Source of the DNA: Chiloscyllium plagiosum
Lineage: Eukaryota
Length of the DNA stretch: 54,636 bases
Reading direction: 5' to 3'
Assembly (NCBI RefSeq): GCF_004010195.1
Contig: NC_057749.1
Location: 20,149,663-20,204,298 of the forward strand
The notes beneath the pieces were generated by a model that saw only the letters and a list, made by a program, of their open reading frames with translations, was not told the origin of the DNA and searched no databases. Shown in pieces: positions 48,191 through 54,636 of the stretch; the stretch's first letter is position 1; each line of letters opens with the position of its first letter. Made by a program: the position numbers and the translations under genes.

Positions 48191-51134
48191 AGTATTTAGA
48201 AGATTGAGAACAATCTTATTGTAATATATAAGATTAAAAGGGGCTTTACAGGTTTGATGTGGAAAGGTTGATTCACTTTGTGGGAGAGTCTAGGACCAGA
48301 GGGCAGAAGCTCAGAATAAGAGGAAGGTAAAGCAGGAACAGGGTTTGTGCAGTTGCTGAAGATTCGGTTAAAATTCAAAGATAGCTCACATCTGAGGGAG
48401 AGGGTAAAAACATCCTGAGTGTTGAAAACAATAATTGAACACTTTGACTAGTGAGAGATGTGTTATCAAGATGCATGACCATTCTAGAAACCATGTAAAA
48501 ATTGAATGAGAGGAAGAAAGGACAAGACAAAATATGAAGATTTTAGATTTTACCTTGTGAAGTTTGCAACTGATGCTATTCTAATCTGTTGTGGCTCATC
48601 ATCTCTAGTTTGAGAAAGCAAGGCTACCAAAAGGAAAATTTGAAGTTAAAATCATGTGATTATAGTTCAAGGAGGCCATTTAAGCCATTTCACCAATGCT
48701 GGCTCTTGGAAAGCCCAGTTTCCACTGCCCTGCATGTTTTTCAGTTGCATATTCTGTTATGTTTAGAAAGTTGTTATTGTTTCTGCCTTTACTACATGCT
48801 CAGGCAGTGTGTTTCAGATAATCTCTCATATTGCGGAAGAAATGTTTTCCTTACGTTGCCTTTGGCTTCAGGTAATGTGGAGGGAGGAGGCAGGAGAACA
48901 GGTTGAAGCAGACTCGTCTATTTTACATTGTTGCAAAAATTACGTAAACCTCAAATGAGCTTCCTTCCTGGCCTCTTCCCTCTCCCCAAGTAGTGTCCTG
49001 CAAACTGTCATGTGGTGGCAGATGTAATGTTACGTGGTCTGTGTGGGCAGGATGAGCTGCATCCTTTATTCACTGTTACGTTGGTGCACTGTAGGCAAAT
49101 GGTGTGCTAGGTGCCACATGGGGTTATGTTTATTTCAGGCAACTGGTGGTGTGCTATATTTATTTATAACATCTATAGTTTGATTTTGTTTCGTCTCTTT
49201 CCCTCCTCCTCCTTTTCCATCTCCCACACCTTTGTATGTTTACGTGAGTTAATCACTAGCACTATTTTTTGACTTTTTTTTAATGGCTAAAGCTTCTCCA
49301 TTGGGCAAGTGGGCCAGTGCAGTCAGGGAGGGCCAGTGATCAGCACTTCGGGAAGTTAAGTACAATACAGAATCCTCCTTCCAGCTGGGAATGTTTGGCA
49401 TCTTTGAATGAGCATAACCTTCACACAGGCTGTGTTTATAGAGGGCAGCATCTGACATGAGCAGTAGGATGCCTTTGTTAAACAGTCGTAGCCTTTAATT
49501 TTGAGAGGCTCCCTGCACTTGGAGAGGCAGTAAAGTTTCCACTGGGATTTTTCCGAAGGTCCGTGGGAAGCCCTCTGGATTCAGCAGAGCTTTACAGAAG
49601 AGCCCTCTGGTTGAAAATTTAAAAGTCAATAAATACGTACCAGCTGATATTTAATGGATTGGGTATTTATCCTTTGACTCTAAGGCGGGGGTGTCGGTGC
49701 AATAACATGCAATTATATGGCATCTCTAGCACAGAGGAAAGACACGTCTCAAAGCACTTTACAGAGGTGCGAAGGAAACAGAGCCAAAATAGAAAGATTA
49801 GAAGGGGTGCTTGAACTATACATATGCCCCTCCTGTTTACATTTGTTGATGCAAGTTAACAGAACATTTTTAAATTGTGTTATAATCCCTTGGTTTCCCC
49901 ATCTGGTACTTTCGGAGAGTATGTCACAGACCCAGCAGGTTCCAGGAGTGAAGGTGGCAAAACAGACGCCCTTTGCATTGCTGGGAGCAGCTTGTAATTT
50001 ATGGCACAGAAGCAAAGGATCAAGTATGTGCATCAAGGTTTTTGGGTTATAATCTTATTGTTGAAATACCTGTCACTTGTGCGCTGAGATGACTAAGCAC
50101 CAGGTGTCCACTTGTGCGTGTATGGTGGTTTTTCAGCTTCTGCCTGATTGCATGGAGACAGGAATACAATCATAATATTTCATAATATTTGTTAAACTTC
50201 TGCTAGTAGACAATCCCATAACTGTTGTCTAATGTTTTCGCAACATGATAGTCCTATTGGGGACCTTTTTTATATAAATCATTAGTGATCTGCATTTCTT
50301 TCAGTTGATTCAAAAGTAAGATCTCGACTTGGTGATGTCCTGCCAATTAGTTTGATGGAATTGTTGAGGGAGGTGTTTTTAACTGCGATCTCTTCCTTAA
50401 CATGCTCGCTTCATCCACAGGCATTTGAAGTTCTCAATGTAATAAGATGTGTTGTTTGTTTTGGATAATGCAACAGTGATGTAGTGAGTCAGCCTGTGCT
50501 GAGAGAGATTTGGGAAAGCGTGCTGTAAGAAAGTGGAAATGTCTGATCCATAGTTAAAGGTAACTAAGCACAAAATGTACCCAATAACCAATGACGTAGT
50601 TACATTGATATATTGACTTGCTTGTCGAGCTTTGCGGTATATGTGGTGACAGGTTCCTTGTTTCACCCATTGCTCTCAGGAACTGTACTCCCTGTACCTG
50701 ACATTGTTGCTACCTCTCTTCACGTGCTCCAAGGATGTTGCTTTTATATTGATGTTATAGTGTTGCTCATCCCTGCTTGGAGACCTTCCTTTAAATGGTG
50801 TCACTCAGTGACACATTGAATAACTGCAAGAAAATGGCTTTCTGATGGCAAGCAGTGTTAGCTGCATTGCTTGATGTTAACTTGTGAACCAGCTTTTCAG
50901 TTTATCCAAACATGCTTGTGTCCAGCTCTCTGTCCATCCTGCATGAATGCTTAATAACCAGATCAAATTTCCATTGTTGTTTAGGTATTCTTCCAAATGC
51001 TATTGCGTTACATTTATTCAATTCACTGGACCCTCTAAAAAGGGTCATTTGAAGTTGCTTCTGACAAGGGCTGACAGGTGTTCTGTCTTTGTGAACCTAA
51101 ATGCCTGAGGCACTTTCACACCCAGTACTAAGCT

Positions 51135-51262
51135 GCAAATGAAAAATGCTGGAGAACACAGCGGGTCAGGCAGCATCCATGGAGAGAAAGCAAATTAATG
51201 TTTTGAGTCTGGATGACTTTTTGTTTTCAGTATAGATTCCAGCATCTGCAGTAATTTGCTCC
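51135..51262. mobile_element. Degraded Penelope-derived mini-element
   Basis: gctggagaacacagcgggtcaggcagcatc arm followed by tail ttccagcatctgcagt. Confidence 0.55.
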
Positions 51263-52284
51263 AGTCCTGAGCTGCCCTGTAATGCCTGGTATTCATTTAC
51301 AGTGAGCAGTTTTAACAGAAGGCTTGAATTGTTTAGGGTGAATATTTTTTACATTGAACGTTTCCTCATTGAGAGTTTACAGTGCAGGGAGTGCCCATTC
51401 AATCCTTCCTGGTGTTTAGGGTCCACGCAAGTCTCCCTCCCATGTCTGCACACCATATCTTTTAACACCTTTTTCCCATGTGCTTATTTAGCTTTGTCTT
51501 TTAATGTCTCTATGCTATTTGCATTAACCACTCTTTTGTAGTAGCACGTTTTAGCTTCTTACTGTGCACGCTGTGAGGAGAATGTTTGTTGCCATATTTG
51601 ATTTTGCTGGAAGTGCCATCCATTAATGTCATGATGAATTATAATAATATTTGAGTCTCATTAAGGTTGTTCTCCGGCCAGTTTGAATCCCAGGGGCTGG
51701 TATGCTTATTTACAGCTGTCTATTAGCGTATATTTCTTCAGGTTGTTGATTGCAGACTACCCTTCTTATTTATTTGGACCACCGTAACCCCAAACATTGG
51801 AAGATCTTTCCTCAACGCTGAGACGTTTTCCAGAAATTCCTGGTAAAGTGTATAGGAGTTGTTATTGCAACCAGCCCTGACAACCATAACTTTCTCTCGA
51901 CACTGGAAAGGAAAACTATTACACAACACAATGTGTATAAGGAGGTGTAATTTAAGCCACTTCCCATTTCATCTAAATGAGAAAATACAAATATGGGCAA
52001 TCTGAAATAAAATGCAGCTCGTGCACGATCTTGGACAAAACAGTTCACCTATTTGACACCTCATTCACCTTAAATATTCAATCCCTCCACCCCTGCAGCA
52101 GCAGTATGTACCGTCTACAGGGTGCACTGCAACAACTCACCAATGCTCCTTCAACAACATCTTCCAAAATCCATGACCTCTAGCCCTTCTGTGGATAACT
52201 GCAGCATGTGCATAGGGACACCATCACCTGTTCCCCTCCAAACCCCACACTATCCTGACTTAGAACTCTAGGGGGTGGGGGGGA

Positions 52285-52393
52285 ATATTTCGTTTGCTTA
52301 ATCGAATGCCGCATAACGCAGTTTAGCCGTATATCGGGACCTTGCGGTCTTGTTTGGATAATCTGAAATTCGCATAATTGAGGTTCCTCTGTA
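52285..52393. mobile_element. pogo/Tigger-like MITE end nested in an L2-like fragment (51995-52515)
   Basis: Ends ataattgaggttcctctg|TA, resembling a Tc1/pogo terminal inverted repeat at a TA target. Confidence 0.45.
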
Positions 52394-52604
52394 TATTGTC
52401 CTTCCTTTGTTGTCACTGGATTCAATCTTGAAAATCCTCTGCACAAACTGCAACAGTTCAACAATTGGCTTTTGACCACCTCAAGGGGAGTTTGAGAAAC
52501 ATAATAAATACTGCATGAGTGAATCGAAAATGTTGGTTAGTGCCACTATCTCATCTCTGTAATGGGAAATAGGCAATATTTCACCAGTTCAGTCAGGGTT
52601 CTTA

Positions 52605-53030
52605 TTTTGAGAAGATTTGTAGCTCAGGTTGAGGTTCTGGATGTAAGTTTGCTCACGGAGCTGGAAGGTTTGTTTTCAGATGTTTCGTCACCATACTAGG
52701 TAACACCATCAATGAGCCTCCGGTGAAGCACTGGTGATATGGCCCGCTTTTTATTTGAGTTTAGGTTTCCTTGGGTTGGTGATGTAATTTCCTGTTCTTT
52801 TTCTCAGGGGGTGGTAAATGGGCTCCAAGTCAATGTGTTTGTTGATAGAGTTCCAGTTGGAATGCCATGCTTCTAAGAATTCCTGTGCATGTCTCTCTTT
52901 GGTTTGTCCTAGGATGGATGTGTTGTCCCAGTCGAAGTGGTGTCCTTCCTTGCCTGTATGTAAGGATACTAGTGAGAGAGGGTCATGTCATTTTGTGGCT
53001 AGTTAATGTTCATGTATTCTGGTGGCTAGA
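52605..53030 (-). mobile_element. Penelope-like element 3' end (family C): GIY-YIG C-terminus plus pLTR
   Basis: Minus strand translates LATRIHEH*...GHHFDWDNTSILG...EFLEAWHS..NSINKH; degraded hammerhead core at about 52678-52715. Confidence 0.85.
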
Positions 53031-53605
53031 CATGAAGTCTGGTTGTTTTTAGTTTTTGTTACAGTAAAAGTCTTGGACTTGAAATTTTGTGATCCTCACA
53101 GTCAGTCACTAGAAATTTAAATATCTTTATCAGAAATATTAGTCTACACAAGGATTGTAACAATGTAATTGAGCCATTTATGGGGGAACACAGCCTCTGT
53201 GTACTGTTTGGCTAAATATTTTAGATTCAAGTTTCATTAGGTGAAATTTGAAGTTTGATAAAAATTTGGATCAATGAGAGAAAGTAGTGAATGAAGTGCA
53301 TGAGATGATGTGCTAAGCAATTTGGACTTGCATGTAATCTGAGTTGGGTCAGTTCTGTAGATGGAGGGAAATTGGGAGTAGAGTTGGTGATGCACCGATC
53401 TCTCAGTATTTGTAAATAGGCTCGGTGCAAACTGTTCTGATTGGAAAATATGGGAGAGACAATTTATGGTGTCAACTCAATTGGACTCTGACTGAGGTAG
53501 ACCTCTGAGTGATAGACTCAGCCCTGTTGGTATCCCATACTGTTCTCATGTGAATAAAAGACATGTGCTGAGCTCAGCTGTCTCTCAGTTTAGCTGGATG
53601 CATCT

Positions 53606-53686
53606 TGAATGCTATGTTCCATACTAGTCACTGAAGTCCATACTAAAACCATGGACCTCAGTGACTAGTATGGAACATAGCATTCA
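53606..53686. repeat. 81-nt hairpin with 36-bp arms and a 9-nt loop
   Basis: tgaatgctatgttccatactagtcactgaagtccat-actaaaacc-atggacctcagtgactagtatggaacatagcattca; one mismatch. Confidence 0.92.
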
Positions 53687-54447
53687 TGGAACATGTGCAG
53701 CAAAAGGTCAGGAAGTTATCCCTCAGGTAGGGCCTGAATTTTCAGGAGCCTTTTAGATAAGCTTGGACTCTTCTGCTTACTATCGTCTACTGTGAACAGT
53801 ATTGGAAGTCAAACCTTTACTGTGAGATAAAAGAAGTTGAATGGACACTGGTGGAAGTTAAGATCAGGACCAATGTAAGGAAGTTTCTCCTCTTAAAATG
53901 ATTGATATTTGGAATGACTTTTCAGATCTACTAGTGGAAGGAGACATTCTAGAGGCAGTCAAGATGCTGTGTAAATAAGATGGGGATGTGAGGTTGAATC
54001 TGTAGATTATATATGACATGTGAGATAGGCCAGTAGTTCTATCCATTTATCTTTGAATTTCTCCATTCCTATAAATCGAACAGCAACAGCAAAAGTCACT
54101 TGATTGTGTAAGATGTCTCATTGTATGTTGTGAAGACCGAACATCCTGGATCCGGTTTGTAGCAGAATGGCGAGTAGACCACGAGTTCTGTCACTAATAC
54201 TTGAAGAGAAAACAGAACAGCCTTGTAAAAGCACCTTATGTCCACAACATCCTAACCAACTGTACTTTAGCCACTTGAGTACTTGTAACAACTGTTGTTC
54301 TTTGTAGCCAAGGTTGATTATTCATAGGAAGATTGAAGGGGAAGGGACGAAGTGCGCTTCCCTTTAAGTGAGAGAAAGAAGAAATGGCCCCATTGACCGT
54401 TTCAGATATTGTGTGTCTGATTGATCCAGTATTAAGTAGCATAGATA

Positions 54448-54636
54448 AGATGTGGATTCGTGGTGCTGGAAGAGCACAGCAGTTCAGGCAGCATCCAAGG
54501 AGCTTCGAAATCGACGTTTCGGGCAAAAGCCCTTCATCAGGAATAAAGGCAGTGAGCCTGAAGCGTGGAGAGATAAGCTAGAGGAGGGTGGGGGTGGGGA
54601 GAAAGTAGCATAGAGTACAATGGGTGAGTGGGGGAG
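54448..54636 (-). mobile_element. Penelope pLTR (family A-related) with intact hammerhead core; runs off the window
   Basis: Minus strand CTGATGA-AGGGC-TTTT-GCCC-GAAA-CG-TC at 54513-54540. Confidence 0.85.

Noticed and set aside
1..54636. CRISPR array, operon or prokaryotic defence system
   Set aside because: Vertebrate intron and repeat landscape; no regularly spaced direct repeats and no prokaryote-like gene density.

Overview
Vertebrate genomic DNA whose repeat content (HE1-type V-SINEs, HER1/CR1 LINEs, Deu-domain SINEs, Penelope-like elements) points to a cartilaginous fish, probably a shark (inference). The only host coding sequence is the first coding exon of a casein kinase 1 gamma gene (+ strand; exon about 40166-40591, CDS from ATG 40396; CSNK1G1-like). 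The rest is probably a long intron 1 and the start of intron 2, densely filled with nested retroelements. Almost all other ORFs in the track are retroelement fragments or noise. The main signals are: (i) at least three families of 190-230 bp fold-back (palindromic) Penelope-derived mini-elements with 10-15 bp target-site duplications (TSDs) and minimal hammerhead ribozyme cores, one with intact cores on both strands; (ii) two solo LTRs with 4-bp TSDs and a conserved long hairpin just downstream of a TATA box; (iii) two inverted 2-kb CR1 copies bracketing the CSNK1G exon, a circRNA-type architecture, with seven uATGs in that exon's leader; (iv) an unclassified inverted 150-bp repeat with stem-loop and pseudoknot potential; (v) a near-perfect 81-nt intronic hairpin. 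Repeat boundaries without TSDs are approximate, and family names come from recognition, not database searches.
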